Shown: positions 1 to 13,891 of the stretch, one piece after another
Position numbering within the stretch: position 1 is the first letter of the stretch
Layout: each line of letters starts with the position of its first letter
NCBI RefSeq assembly: GCF_006345805.1
Contig: NC_043026.1
Coordinates: 6,262,001-6,326,000 of the forward strand
DNA: 64,000 bases
Reading direction: 5' to 3'
Source of the DNA: Octopus sinensis
Lineage: Eukaryota
Position numbers and translations under genes: made by a program
Notes under the pieces: model-generated
The model's database searches: none
Told to the model about the DNA's origin: nothing
What the model saw: only the letters and a program-made list of their open reading frames with translations

Positions 1-1
1 C

Positions 2-190
2 CCCGGCTTACCCGCCGACACAGGTTTCCTCCCCCTCGACGACGTCTGGAGCCTTGTCCACGCCAGCAACAGCAAATACAACCTGGGGCTGCCGGAGCTG
101 AAGATTGAACACGCAATCGCCGAATCACTGGACCACAATCAAGTCAACCTGCATAGCATGTTGAAGCAGCTGGGAGGAATACCGAGTTGA
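2..190 (+). CDS. 3' end of an unidentified convergent protein-coding gene (PGLPADTGFLPLDDVWSLVHASNSKYNLGLPELKIEHAIAESLDHNQVNLHSMLKQLGGIPS*)
   Basis: Open frame from the window edge to TGA at 188-190; GC-rich, non-repetitive, protein-like composition. Product not recognised. Confidence 0.6.
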   Translation, partial: PGLPADTGFLPLDDVWSLVHASNSKYNLGLPELKIEHAIAESLDHNQVNLHSMLKQLGGIPS

Positions 191-889
191 GGGTCAACGA
201 ACATCTCGTCTCCACCCACGACCACCACTGCTGCCGCTGCCGTCACCCTTTGAATCAGTGGAGGTGGGGGTTGGTGAGAGGGGGGAGGGGTGGAGCAGTG
301 AGATAATGTGGTGTTGTTATTGTTGTTGTTGTTGATGCTGACTTATAGGAGTGAATGACCCCTGGAGGGGGAAAAAAGGATTGAGTGCATGTGTGTGTGT
401 GAGAAACCATATACATACATGAGTGTGTGTGTGAGTGTATATATGTGCATGTGTGTGTGAGTATATGTATGTATGAGTGTGTGTGAGAAAGTATATGTGT
501 GTGTGCATGTGTGTGTATGTTATTGGGATTGAGTGAGGGCATGAGGTTAACTGAATGAATGTGAGTGGTGAGTGAGAGTGAGAGTGAGTGTGACTGAGTG
601 AGTGTTAGTATGAGTCAGTGAATGTAGGAGCATTTCGTGAGTGTACCTCAAAGTAGACTTGCAAACACAGATGGACAACTTAATTTTGATATACTTTCAT
701 GAAGTAACAGCATGTTAGCGTCCTCATCACCACCACAGACATCAGTATCCAGTTTCATTTCCATCTCAGATATCAAACCCATTCCACATTCCATCTCTAC
801 TCTCTCCTGTCACATCATCCCCCACTCTTCTTCCTTTACTCCTCACAAAATCAAACCTTTCGAGTTATTACCCTATTCCACCTTTTTCC

Positions 890-1440
890 AACACATGACA
901 ACCTACAGTTGTCAACCAACAGCTGTCAAACAGCAATTGTCAATTTCCAGCTGTCAACTAACAGCTGTTGTCTGACAGTTGTCAAATGGCAATTGTCAAT
1001 TTCCAGCTGTTGTCCAACAGTTGTCAACCAACAGCAATTGTCAATCATCAGCTGCTAGCTAGCATTTGTCAATCAACCGCTGCCAACCAGCAGTTGTCAA
1101 TCAAGAGCTGTCAACCAACAGTAGTCACTCTGCAGTTGTCAATGAACAGCTGTCAACCAATGGATATCCTATTACTCTCAACCTACAGATCTCTTGCAGA
1201 TATCAACAAGATATGTCCTACTGGTGTCAACTTATAGATGTCCTGCAGATGTCAACCTGCAGATGTTCAACTGACATCAGCATCCAAAAGTCAGCCTATT
1301 AATGAACTAAAATTGTCAATCTATAGACATCAAGAGACACTGTCCTACCAACATCAACCTACAGATGTGAACTATAGATATCCTGCAGATCTCCAACAGA
1401 TATCACATAACAGATCTTCTAGAGATATCAGACTAAAGAT
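890..1440. repeat. Two adjoining degenerate minisatellites (cagctgtcaaccaacagcaattgtcaat and acctacagat...ctgcagatatcaac)
   Basis: Visible periodicity. Confidence 0.8.
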
Positions 1441-1724
1441 TTCTTTCAGACCTACTCAGACGCAAGACATTCTATTGCGCTGTGGCACCATCTTACAGCC
1501 AGATGGACTGAACTGTTGATGGTTAAGCGTCCCCTTAAACTTGATCCTTATTTGATTAACACTGTGACAAACCCCTACCAACACCATGAGAGGCTTCTTA
1601 TCCTATCCATCCCTGCCACTCCATAATAAAATATTTCCAGTTCCTAAACATTGTCCTTTTATAAGAAAAAAGAAAAAAAACTGTGGAGGAGGGTTAAGCC
1701 TGTTACACACGTGAGAATGGATGT

Positions 1725-1767
<43 letters not shown>

Positions 1768-1778
1768 ATATGTGTACA

Positions 1779-1832
<54 letters not shown>

Positions 1833-2780
1833 CATAATATATATATATATATGTGTGTGTGTATATGTACATATATGTGTGTGTATATATGTATACATGA
1901 GTGTGTGTATATGTATGTAATGATGTGTGTGTGTGTGTATATATATATATATACAGATGGAATGTGTGTGTGTGTGTATATATATATATACAGATGGAAT
2001 GTGCAAAGTCATGGGTATGCAACTGGTGAATAGTCACATGGACATATTACCATAAGTCAAGCTTCCTTTGGGAGCAAACACTGGCGGCACCGTTTGTCAG
2101 TTTTCCGCCCCGATGAAGGAAGTTGGATTTATGGTACCATCTCTATGTGAGTATTTAATGACACACCACAACTGTGAAATTTTTTGATGAAATACTGAGG
2201 AAATGTGCTGCTGGCTTACTGAAACACGTGTATAGTAATGCATAAATGTACACACACATATAGCTATATATGTGTATGAGTGTATGTATGTATGTTTGTG
2301 TGTAAGTATGTATGTATTTTAATAAAATTGTTCACTTTTCAATGACATGTTTGTTTTGTTTTCATTCTGTGACCCCTTAAGGTCTTTCATTCATTAGAGG
2401 AGGAGAAGAACACACACCAGCTTCAATGTGGTCCCTCAACTTGCTAGATACAATAGGCAAGTTTTGCTTAACCCTTTAGTGTCCGCATTATTCTGCCAAA
2501 ATTAATCCTTTTTTATCCACATTGTTTTGAACTAATCTCGCATTATCTTGTAGCTATGAGATTTTGATGAGGTAACTTAATTTTTAAGACGATATTGTAG
2601 GGTTGGTGTGAGAGACCAGATCTGGCCAGTTTGCACATAAAACAGGTAGAATACTTTTGGCCGGATATGGCCGGTTTAAATCACATCCCACTGAGTTAAA
2701 ATGTATGACACACTAGATAATGTAGTCTTAGATACACTATGCCTGAATCAAAGATGGGACGGTAATGGCTGGAACATTAA

Positions 2781-3206
2781 CCCTTTAGTGATCGCATTAT
2801 TCTGCCAAAATTAATACTATTTTTATCCACATCGTTTTGAACTAATCATGCATTATCTTGTAGCTATGAGATTTTGATGAGGAAGCTGTTAATCTTTAAG
2901 ACGATATTGTAGGGTTGGTGTGAGAGACCAGATCTGGCCAGTTTGAACATAAAACAGGCAGAATACTTTTGGCCGGATATGGCCGGTTTAACCCTTTAGT
3001 ATTTAAACCGGCCAAAAGTATTCTGCCTGTTTTATGTTCAAACTGACCAAATCCAGGCTCTCACACCTACCCTACAATGTTATTCTACATTAAGTAATTA
3101 CACCATCAAGATCTTGAAGATATAAGATAATGCATGATTAATTCAAATCAATAAGCATTATGTTTGATAGAATAATCTGAACACTAAAGGGTTAAATGCT
3201 AAATGG
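2781..3206. mobile_element. piggyBac-type MITE with a second, inverted copy (2992-3191) inserted at its internal TTAA
   Basis: TTAA-CCCTTTAG...CTAAAGGG-TTAA termini; TTAA duplicated around the inner copy. A truncated third copy lies at 2472-2680. Confidence 0.8.
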
Positions 3207-3699
3207 TTAAGGCAGCAAGCTGGCAGAAACGTTAGCACACTGGGTGAAATGCTTAGCAGTATTTCATCTGCCACTGTGTTCTGAGTTCAAATTCCATGTT
3301 ATCTGTATAACACATACCACACACACATTTAATCATTTAAGATGCTTTTTATTACCGTAAATCCTCAAGTATACTCTGCTCTTGAGTATAATATGCAGGG
3401 GATTTTTAAGGGGCTGTACCTCTGGAAAACCTAAACTTTGTGTATAATACGCACTCCTTCTCTAACTTGAGTCAAGGAGGTCTATATAACGTTCTTCGTT
3501 TGTAAAAATGTATACGGTAACGTTATTATTATCATTGTATATATAACATAATGCAAACGTGTAGCTTTTTTGTGCATTTTGTTTGCAGGAAATAACAGTA
3601 ATAACGTTTAATAAATGTTGCTTACTGCAAATTATGGATGCCCCTAGGCATCACAGAGTGGAACTGAACCTGGAAGCAAGTGGTTCGGAAACAAACTTC

Positions 3700-3870
3700 T
3701 TGAGAGAGAGAAAGAGACAGACAGAGACAAAGAGAGAGGGTAAGAGGGGGAGCGAGAAAAAGAGAGACAGACAGACACAGAGAGAGAGTGAGAGAGACAG
3801 ACAGAGAGAAAGAGAGAGTGAGAGAGACAGACAGAGAGAAAGAGAGAGTGAGAGAGACAGACAGAGAGAA

Positions 3871-3903
<33 letters not shown>

Positions 3904-4116
3904 AAGAGAGAGAGAGACAGAGAGAGAGAGACAGACAGAGACAGAGAGAGAGGGTAAGAGGGGGAGCGAGAAAAAGAGAGAGACAGACAGACACAGAGAG
4001 AGAGTGAGAGAGACAGACAGAGAGAAAGAGAGAGTGAGAGAGACAGACAGAGAGAAAGAGAGAGTGAGAGAGACAGACAGAGAGAAAGAGAGAGTGAGAG
4101 AGACAGACAGAGAGAA

Positions 4117-4151
<35 letters not shown>

Positions 4152-4465
4152 AAGAGACAGAGAGAGAGAGACAGACAGAGACAAAGAGAGAGGGTAAGAG
4201 GGGGAGCGAGGGAGGGAGCGACAGACAAGAGACAGAAGGGGAGAAGGAGAGAAGAAAAGACGTGACAGGAACAGAAGACAAAAGAGGAAAGGGAGAGTGA
4301 AAACAAGAAAAAGGGAGAGACAGACAGAAAGAGAGAGAGTGAGAGAGAGAAGACAGAGAGAAGAGAAGAGTGAGAGGAGACAGACAGAGAGAAAGAGAAG
4401 AGGAGTGAGAGAGAGGACAGACAGAGAGAAAGAGGAGAGAGAGAGAAAGAGGAGAGAGAGGAGGG

Positions 4466-4502
<37 letters not shown>

Positions 4503-4815
4503 CAGGAGAGGAGAGAGGACAGAAGAGAAGAGAGAGAGGTAAGAGGGGGGGGGGGGAAAGAAGGAGAAAGAGAGAGGGAGAAGAGAGAGAGGAAAGAGAG
4601 AGAGAAAAGAGAGAGACAGGGGAAAAAAAGAGAGAGACAGACAGAGAGAAAGAGAGAGTGAGAGAGAAGACAGAGAGAAAGAGAGAGTGAGAGAGACAGA
4701 CAGAGAGAAAGAGAGAGTGAGAGAGACAGACAGAGAGAAAGAGAGAGAGAGAGAGAAAGAGACAGAGAGAGAGAGACAGACAGAGACAGAGAGAGAGAGA
4801 GAAAGAGAGCAAGAG
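3700..4815. repeat. Compound (GA)n/(GACA)n purine tract
   Basis: Direct; a similar block lies at 11490-12325. Confidence 0.97.
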
Positions 4816-5379
4816 AAGGTCAATAAAAGAAGACAACACCAAATTAATTAACCTTAATTAATGCAACACAAAAAAGGTGAGAATAACCAACGAAAAGCAT
4901 CAAATGTTTTAAACTGATTGTTTGTTTTTTTTATTTCAACTAAGATTCATTTATTATTGTTATAATAAAATCGCCCTTGTGGCTAATAAAGAAAGAATTA
5001 TTATTATTATTATTATTATTATTATCATCATTATTTATTTCATTATATAATAGACGTTTAAAAGCGTTAGACCAAATGACGCCTTCAGTGAGGAGGGGGG
5101 GGAATGGAGGAGGAGCCGGAATGGGGGCGGGGAGAGATGGGTGTGGCTTACCACACACACACACACACAGTTCACAAAACAATGTTTATACTATACATAT
5201 ACACACACACACACAGGCTCGGTGACTAAAGATTGATATATTGACAGAAGTGAGGGCGGGGGGAAAGTGGTGGGATATGATTGGGGGGGGGGGAGGGAGG
5301 TTACCTGTGATTGGGGAAGGAGGGAAGGGGAAAAAATGATAAAGCGGGATTTAGGGCTGCACATAGATACACGTGACGG

Positions 5380-7402
5380 GCGGACACATACATACACACA
5401 CACACCCTTGCACGGGAACTGGGGTCCCTTCGGGGGGGGAGAGATGAAAGTGGAAGAGGCACAGAGACGGATCACATAGCGACAGCGGTGTCCCTTGAGA
5501 GATGTAAATAGAAGGGAGACACACATACACACAGCAACTGGGTCCCTTTGTAGAAAGAAGTGGAGAGGACACACGGACAGACCACATAGCAACTATGTCC
5601 CTTGAGGACACACACACACATAGCAACTGGGTCCCTTTGTTGAGAGAACTGGAGAGGACACACGGACAGACCACATAGCAACTATGTCCCTTGAGGACAC
5701 ACACACACATACACACAGCAACTGGGTCCCTTTGTAGAGAGAAGTGGAGAGGACACACGGACCACATAGCAACTGTGTCCCTTGAGGACACACACACACA
5801 CACACAGCAACTGGGTCCCTTTGTAGAGAGAAGTGGAGAGGACACACAGACCACATAGCAACTATGTCCCTTGAGGACACATACACACACAACCACACAC
5901 AGCACCTGGGTCCCTTTGTAGAGAGAACTGGAGAGGACACTGGACAAGACCACATGCAACTATGTCCCTTGAGGGGACACACACACACAGGAACACGTGA
6001 CAGAGGAGTTATCAGATCTATGTGTGATGACAATGTGTCTAACGATGACAGCTAGGGGTCACATACCCCTAGCACAGAGACACAAACACAAGGAAGATGT
6101 GTCTGGGAGTGAGTGGCAGGACATTGATGAGCCGGGTACTCATGTATCCGGGGTACATGCAGAGACATACCTATATTTCTGCACACACACACACACACAC
6201 ACATATTCGAAAGGCTTCTGTTAGTTTCCAAAGACACATGCCTTTATAAATGGCTAACAGAGGACCTGTGTTAAAGTGCTCGGATAACAAGTGGGATGGG
6301 CACTCTTGGTGACTGTTGTGGAAGGACACAGAGTAAAACAACANNNNNNNNNNNNNNNNNNNNNNNNNNNNNNNNNNNNNNNNNNNNNNNNNNNNNNNNN
6401 NNNNNNNNNNNNNNNNNNNNNNNNNNNNNNNNNNNNNNNNNNNGCGGACACATACATACACACACACACCCTTGCACGGGAACTGGGGTCCCTTCGGGGG
6501 GGGAGAGATGAAAGTGGAAGAGGCACAGAGACGGATCACATAGCGACAGCGGTGTCCCTTGAGAGATGTAAATAGAAGGGAGACACACATACACACAGCA
6601 ACTGGGTCCCTTTGTAGAAAGAAGTGGAGAGGACACACGGACAGACCACATAGCAACTATGTCCCTTGAGGACACACACACACATAGCAACTGGGTCCCT
6701 TGTTGAGAGAACTGGAGAGGACACACGGACAGACCACATAGCAACTATGTCCCTTGAGGACACACACCACATACACATCAACTGGGTCCCTTTGTAGAGA
6801 GAAGTGGAAGGACACACGACCACATAGCAACTGTGTCCCTTGAGGACACCACACACACACACACAGCAACTGGGTCCCTTTGTAGAGAGAAGTGGAGAGG
6901 ACACACAGACCACATAGCAACTATGTCCCTTGAGGACACATACACACACACACACACAGCAACTGGGTCCCTTTGTAGAGAGAACTGGAGAGGACACATG
7001 GACAGACCACATAGCAACTATGTCCCTTGAGGGGACACACACACACAGGAACACGTGACAGAGGAGTTATCAGATCTATGTGTGATGACAATGTGTCTAA
7101 CGATGACAGCTAGGGGTCACATACCCCTAGCACAGAGACACAAACACAAGGAAGATGTGTCTGGGAGTGAGTGGCAGGACATTGATGAGCCGGGTACTCA
7201 TGTATCCGGGGTACATGCAGAGACATACCTATATTTCTGCACACACACACACACACACACATATTCGAAAGGCTTCTGTTAGTTTCCAAAGACACATGCC
7301 TTTATAAATGGCTAACAGAGGACCTGTGTTAAAAGTGCCTCGGATAACAAGTGGGATGGCACTCTTGGTGACTGTTGTGGAAGGACACAGAGTAAAACAA
7401 CA
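5380..7402. repeat. ~960-bp direct duplication flanking the gap (5380-6343 and 6444-7402), each copy containing a ~90-bp minisatellite
   Basis: Both copies start gcggacacatacatac and end gagtaaaacaaca; internal unit gcaactgggtccctttgtagagagaagtggagaggacac...gtcccttgaggac. Confidence 0.9.
6344..6443. other. Scaffold gap (100 N)
   Basis: Run of exactly 100 N. Confidence 1.
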
Positions 7403-7665
7403 CACACACACACACACACTCTCTCTCTCTCTCTCTCTTCCGCTTGTAGTTCTTGCAGATAATTCACACACACGACTGTGTAGATGCGCGTGTGTGTGTG
7501 TGTGTGTGTATAACTTGACCTCGTTTGAACTGGCTTCAGTTTGTGGTCATGCTGGGGCACCACCTGGAAGAATATATACACATATATTTTACATATATAA
7601 TATATATATTATATATATATATTTAGATATATATAATATATATATATATATAGATATATTATATA

Positions 7666-7699
<34 letters not shown>

Positions 7700-7752
7700 C
7701 AATATATATAGTAATTGTATAGATATATATTACATATATTATAATATATATC

Positions 7753-7790
<38 letters not shown>

Positions 7791-8342
7791 TATATCATAT
7801 CTATATATCTATATATATATATATATTATATATATATATAAATGCTGTGCTTGAGGAGACCTATTGAGTCAAGTACATCAACATCAAAATAAAAATCAAA
7901 TGGAAATTGTAGTTGTGATACCTGTGTCGGTGGCACGTAAAAAGCACCCACTACACTCACGGAGTGGTTTGGCGTTAGGAAGGGCATCCAGCTGTAGAAA
8001 CTCTGCCAGATCAGACTGAGCCTCGTGGCAGCCTCCTGGCTTCCCAGACCCCAGTCGAACCGTCCACCCTGCTAGCATGGAAAACGGACGTTAAACGATG
8101 ATGGTACACACACACACATAATATATATATATATATAGATATATATATATACACACAAGATATATATATATATACACACACACACTCGCACATACAAACA
8201 TATATACATACGTGAGCCAAGACGACCTGGGTGTGATTTCATTCACCCAAATCTTATAATGTCACAAGGCATTTTAGCTGATGCTCCACCGATTCACATA
8301 TCTTCCATTCAATGAGATTATGTTGGTGTATGTATGCATGTA

Positions 8343-8374
<32 letters not shown>

Positions 8375-8866
8375 ATTTAATTAGTGAAATAACGGACAAA
8401 CGGATGCGAAGACACGAGTTGTTCTCAGAGTCGCTGTGTGGATAAAGGCGGCGATACACGGTTTGTGTGTGTGTATGAGTGTGTGTGTGTGCGTGTGTGT
8501 GTGTGGGTAATGGCAGTGGTGGTGGCGGGTGGTGGTGGTGGTGGTGGCAGTGACACGGAGTGTGTGTGAGCTGACGGAGTAAAAGGAATTATGGGTGAAA
8601 CGAGATACTCATTAGTAATTAGAGTCTGTTTCATGGAGAGAGAGAGAGAGAGAGAGATGAATGAGATTAAATCACACACGCATATATATGAGCATGTATA
8701 TATACATACATACATATATGTATATATTACATAACATACATACATACATATATAATATAATTACATATATATACATACATACATATATATACATACATAC
8801 ATTATATATACATACATACATATATACTTAATACATATATATATACATACATATATATATACATAC

Positions 8867-8900
<34 letters not shown>

Positions 8901-9313
8901 AACATACATACACACACACATATGCATGTAAATGAACACACATGAATTGTTATAGACACATACATACACACATATATACATGCATATGTATGGTAGAATC
9001 AAACTGTATGTATGCAAGTGTGAATGTTTACTATAACTATACATATGCGAGTGTATATGCGCATACACACATATACACCCATGATCTAACCACCTGTGTA
9101 TAGTGCCAATGCAGATATGTACGCACACACACACACACCATCACTTGCATATAAGTGTTTATACACATACATACACATGCATATATTTACACACACACAC
9201 ACACACATATACTGATATATACATACATATACTTATATATACATATATATACTTATATATACATATATATACTTATATATACATATATATACTTATATAT
9301 ACATATACACTTA

Positions 9314-9624
9314 TATATTAAAAACATTACGTTATATAATTAGGGTTCAGTAAAATAATTTACTTTACCACACACTGACCTTTTAGAAATAGCAGCCAAA
9401 AAAATCTTACCTCTTTCTTCTACTATAAGAAAAATCTCCCAAACAATGTATACTCAAAAATAATTCAAAAATAATTCATTTTTGAGTATACATTGTCTGG
9501 GAGATTTTTCTTATAGTAGAGGAAATAGCTAAGATTTTTTAGCTGCTATTTCTAAAAGTTCGGTATGTGGTAAAGTAAATTATTTTAATGAACCCTAATT
9601 ATATAACGTAATGTTTTAAATATA
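9314..9624. repeat. ~310-bp near-perfect palindrome (foldback MITE-like)
   Basis: tatattaaaaacattacgttatataattagggttc... is mirrored by ...gaaccctaattatataacgtaatgttttaaatata; centre near 9468. Confidence 0.88.
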
Positions 9625-10235
9625 CCGTAAATGGTCCTCTTACATACTGAACACTACTTGGTAAAATTGATAATTAATAATTAATTAATTTTACCTTTTA
9701 TTATTGATATACACTTATATATATATATATATATATAATATATATATATATAATATTAATTAAGGGGTGGAAATGATACTTATCAATTAAGACCAGTGGT
9801 CTAGCATATTAAAAAAGAATCCGAAGATTAAAATATTTATATATACCAATTAAGGTATATATAATTAATTGGTATATATATATATATACATACATATATA
9901 TACATAGGCATGAATCCACGTGTACGCACACCATATGTCACTGGTCCGTGTGGTCAGGTTGAAGGAGGGGGGGAGTCACAGACAGACAAGACAAACAGAA
10001 AGCTAAATGTGTAGATGGCCCAGGAGGGGTACGCTATACACACTGTACGCACGAGCAGGGTGTATATATGTAACAACATCGAGCCGAGTGCATGTATGTA
10101 GACGTGGGTGTATGTGATCGCATAGGTGTGCCTCTGTGCGCTTACATGCGTGCGTATGTCGTGTATGTATGCGAGTTAACCATCCTTGCAGACATCATCA
10201 CAAACAGACACACGGACAGACGGACAGTTTTGTCA

Positions 10236-10497
10236 TCAGTAGTAGTTGCTACGGTAACCGCCACGGTAACCAGAGTTCCCACCGTAGTTTCCCCGTCCCC
10301 CGCGGTTGTTGCGCCAGTTGGGATCGAAACCGCGGTTCGGCGGTCCCCCGCCTCCTCCTCCTCCTCGGTTGCGCTGGTCGTAAGACTTCGGTCCTCTGTA
10401 GTCTCTACTGCCACCATATTGTCCTGGGTTCGGCCCTCGATAGTCTGGGCCTGGGCCACCGTACTGGTTACTGCCTCGCTGGCTGTGGGCATTACGA
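10236..10497 (-). CDS. Last coding exon, Tyr/Gly/RGG-rich tail ending RSNYY*
   Basis: Phase 2 start after tgtttcag, TGA at 10236-10238. Confidence 0.88.
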
Positions 10498-11970
10498 CTG
10501 AAACAGATGGAAACAAACACGGACACATTAGCATCATCATCATCATCATCAACATTACAAAACCCCACCACTGGGTTTTACCATCCTTAAAGACCCCCCC
10601 CCCCCCCCAGTGATAATACTCTCTTAATTCTTTTACTTGTTTCAGTAATTTGACTGCGGCCATGCTGGAGCACCGCCTTTAGTCGAGCAAATCGACCCCA
10701 GGACTTATTCTTTTGTAAGCCCAGTACTTATTCTATCGGTCTCTTTTGCCGAACCGCTACGTGACGGGGGACGTAAACACACCAGCATCGGTTGTCAAGC
10801 AATGCTAGGGGGACAAACACAGACACACATATATACATATATACGACAGGCTTCTTCCAGTTCCGTCTACCAAATCACTACAAGGCATGGTCGGCCGGGC
10901 GGGCTATAGCAGAAGACACTTGCCCAAGATGCCACGCAGTGGGACTGAACCCAGAACCATGTGGTTGGTAAGCAAGCTACTTACCACACAGCCACTCCTG
11001 CGCCTATATATACATATATACGATGGGCTTCTTTCAGTTTCCATCTACCAAATCCACTCACAAGGTTTTGGTCGTCCCGAGGCTATAGTAGAAGACACTT
11101 GCCCAAGGTGCCACGCAGTGGGACTGAACCCGGAACCATGTGGTTGGTAAGCAAGCTACTTACCACACAGCCACTCCTGCACCTATTTGTATTTTATATT
11201 TTTCTTTCCAAAATTTTCGTTGCTAAATTTAATAAAGACAAAAGTCGTCAATTTACTTTATTCATTGCAAGTTAACGACTTCCCTCAGCTTGACGAGATC
11301 TCGTTTTATTTTAATAACCATGTGGAATATAATTACTGCCATGGGTTAAATTGAGTTGGTTGATTAATTAGCGCACCCCCCCCCCACCAAAAAAAACCTT
11401 GCATCTCTTTCAACATGTCCAGTGTCCCTTTTGAGGGTGGGTACCACTCATGCTGAGAACGTCTGCCCTGGAGAGTGGAAACATTAGTGATAGAAAGAGA
11501 GAGAGAGAGAGAGAGTGGGAGAGAGATAGACAGACACAAAGAGAGAGAGAAAGAGAGAGAGACAGATAGACAGACACAAAGAGAGAGAGAGAGAGAGACA
11601 GACACAAAGAGAGAGAGAGAGAGAGAGATAGAGAGAGAGAGATAGAGACAGACAGACAGACAGACACAAAGAGAGAGAGTGGGAGACAGATAGACAGACA
11701 CAAAGAGAGAGAGAGAGACAGAGAGACAGATAGACACAAAGAGAGAGAGTGGGAGACAGATAGACAGACACAAAGAGAGAGAGAGAGAGAAAGAGAGAGA
11801 GAGGAAGAGAGAGAGGAGAGTGTGAGAGAGATAGACAGACACAAGAGAGAGAGAGAGAGAGGCAGAGAGAAAGAGAGAGGAGAGTGGGAGACAGATAGAC
11901 AGACACAAAGAGAGAGAAAGAGAGAGAGACAGATAGACAGACACAAAGAGAGAGAGAGAGACAGACACAA

Positions 11971-12009
<39 letters not shown>

Positions 12010-12124
12010 CAAAGAGAGAGAGAGAGAGAAAGAGAGAGAGAGGAAAAGAGAGAGGAGAGTGTGAGACAGATAGACTGACACAAAGAGAGAGAGACAGAGA
12101 GAGAGACAGATAGACAGACACAAA

Positions 12125-12156
<32 letters not shown>

Positions 12157-13848
12157 CAGATAGACACAAAGAGAGAGAGAGAGACAGACACAAAGAGAGA
12201 GAGAGAGAGAGGCAGATAGACAGACACAAAGAGAGAGAGTGTGAGACAGATAGACAGACACAAAGAGAGAGAGAGAGAGACAGATAGACAGACACAAAGA
12301 GAGAGAGAGACAAAGAGAGAGAGGGGTGTGTGGAGGTTGTCTTACTTGTCATAGCCTGAAGAATATTTCCTGTCACCAAAGTCGTCTCGAGGGTGATAGA
12401 GCCTGTCACTAGCAGCCTGGCTACGATAGTCACTATCATACATGGAACGGTCACGGTGATGCTGGCTGTGGTCCCGGGACATCTCAGGCCGACTCTTCTG
12501 GTAGGGACGACTGTCATAGCTGTGGCCGCCGCCGCCGCTGCTCTCTCTCCGGCCGTCGTCGTGGCCACCACCCGACGATGACATCTTCTTCTGCTGATGC
12601 TGCTGCTGGGAGCTGCTGGACGACAGGGATGGGGACGAGGAAGAGACCGACGACGGCGTCGTCGTCTTGTCTGGGGCCCCAGGACTTTCGGCTGGCGTAG
12701 AGGCTGAGAAGCCACGTACCTCGACCTGCAAAAAAAGAGTCATGACCTTTAACACCTCCATCACAATCATCATCATCATCAACACTATACCACCTCTACC
12801 CACCACGCCACTCCCATCACCACCACCCCCACCACTACCACAACTACCTATTTCTTTACTACCCACAAGGGGCTAAACACAGAGGGGACAAACAAGGACA
12901 GTGCGTAACTGGTACTTATTTAATCGACCCCGAAAGGATGAAAGGCAAAGTCGACCTCGGCGGAATTTGAACTCAGAACGTAGCAGCAGGCGAAATACCT
13001 ATTTCTTTACTACCCACAAGGGGCTAAACACAGAGAGGACAAACGGATTAAGTCGATTATATCGACCCCAGTGTGTAACTGGTACTTATTTAATCGACCC
13101 CGAAAGGATGAAAGGCAAAGTCAACCTCGGTGGAATTTGAACTCAGAACGTAGCAGCAGGCGAAATACCGCTAAGCATTTCGCCCAGCGTGCTAACGCTT
13201 CTGCCAGCTCGCCGCCTTAATAATAGTAATGATAATAACAATAATGCAATACCAGGTAGTGGCTCTCATGGCTTCTGATCTTAAATGATTAGAAGTGTTA
13301 TCATGTACATTGTTCTGTCTTGGTATAAAAGATGGGCTACAGCAAACTTTCTGCTCAATACCACAGATTTGCTTGTCAGTTGTTTGACCGTAACCAGTTG
13401 AGCATGTCCCTTAGTGGCTGACGATATGTGCATCTCTGATCACAAGCAGAATTAGTAGGGGAGCATCATAACCATGTGTTGAGAGGGATTCTTTGGGGTT
13501 TGAATAATTCACCTCTGGAAACATGGGTGTTTCATTCAACATCCTTAAACAACCCTTATTTAGGGACCTTTTGAGCAGGATGGCTTACTCGACCAGAAGA
13601 AAATTCTAACTGGGCCCCACCTGCAAGGTCATGTGCTGTTTATCTTGATATGAGATCACCATGTCACGCACATATGGTTGTGATGCATGTGCCTGGTGTA
13701 CCCTTATCAGACGAGTAGTCATGATGGGTATACTGGGCTTCGTATATTTGTACCCCAGTGTCACTTTGATGGCATGAACTGCTCTCTCTCACTCAATAAT
13801 TATAATAATAATGATAATAATAATAATAATAATGATAACTACCACCAT

Positions 13849-13891
<43 letters not shown>

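Noticed and set aside
3583-4842. Long ORFs (up to 406 aa) rich in SL/ER
   Set aside because: Translations of (GA)n/(GACA)n microsatellite; the same applies to 11333-12715
5191-7054. Cys/Val-rich ORFs suggesting a keratin-associated or metallothionein-like protein
   Set aside because: Translations of the (CA)n-containing 90-bp minisatellite
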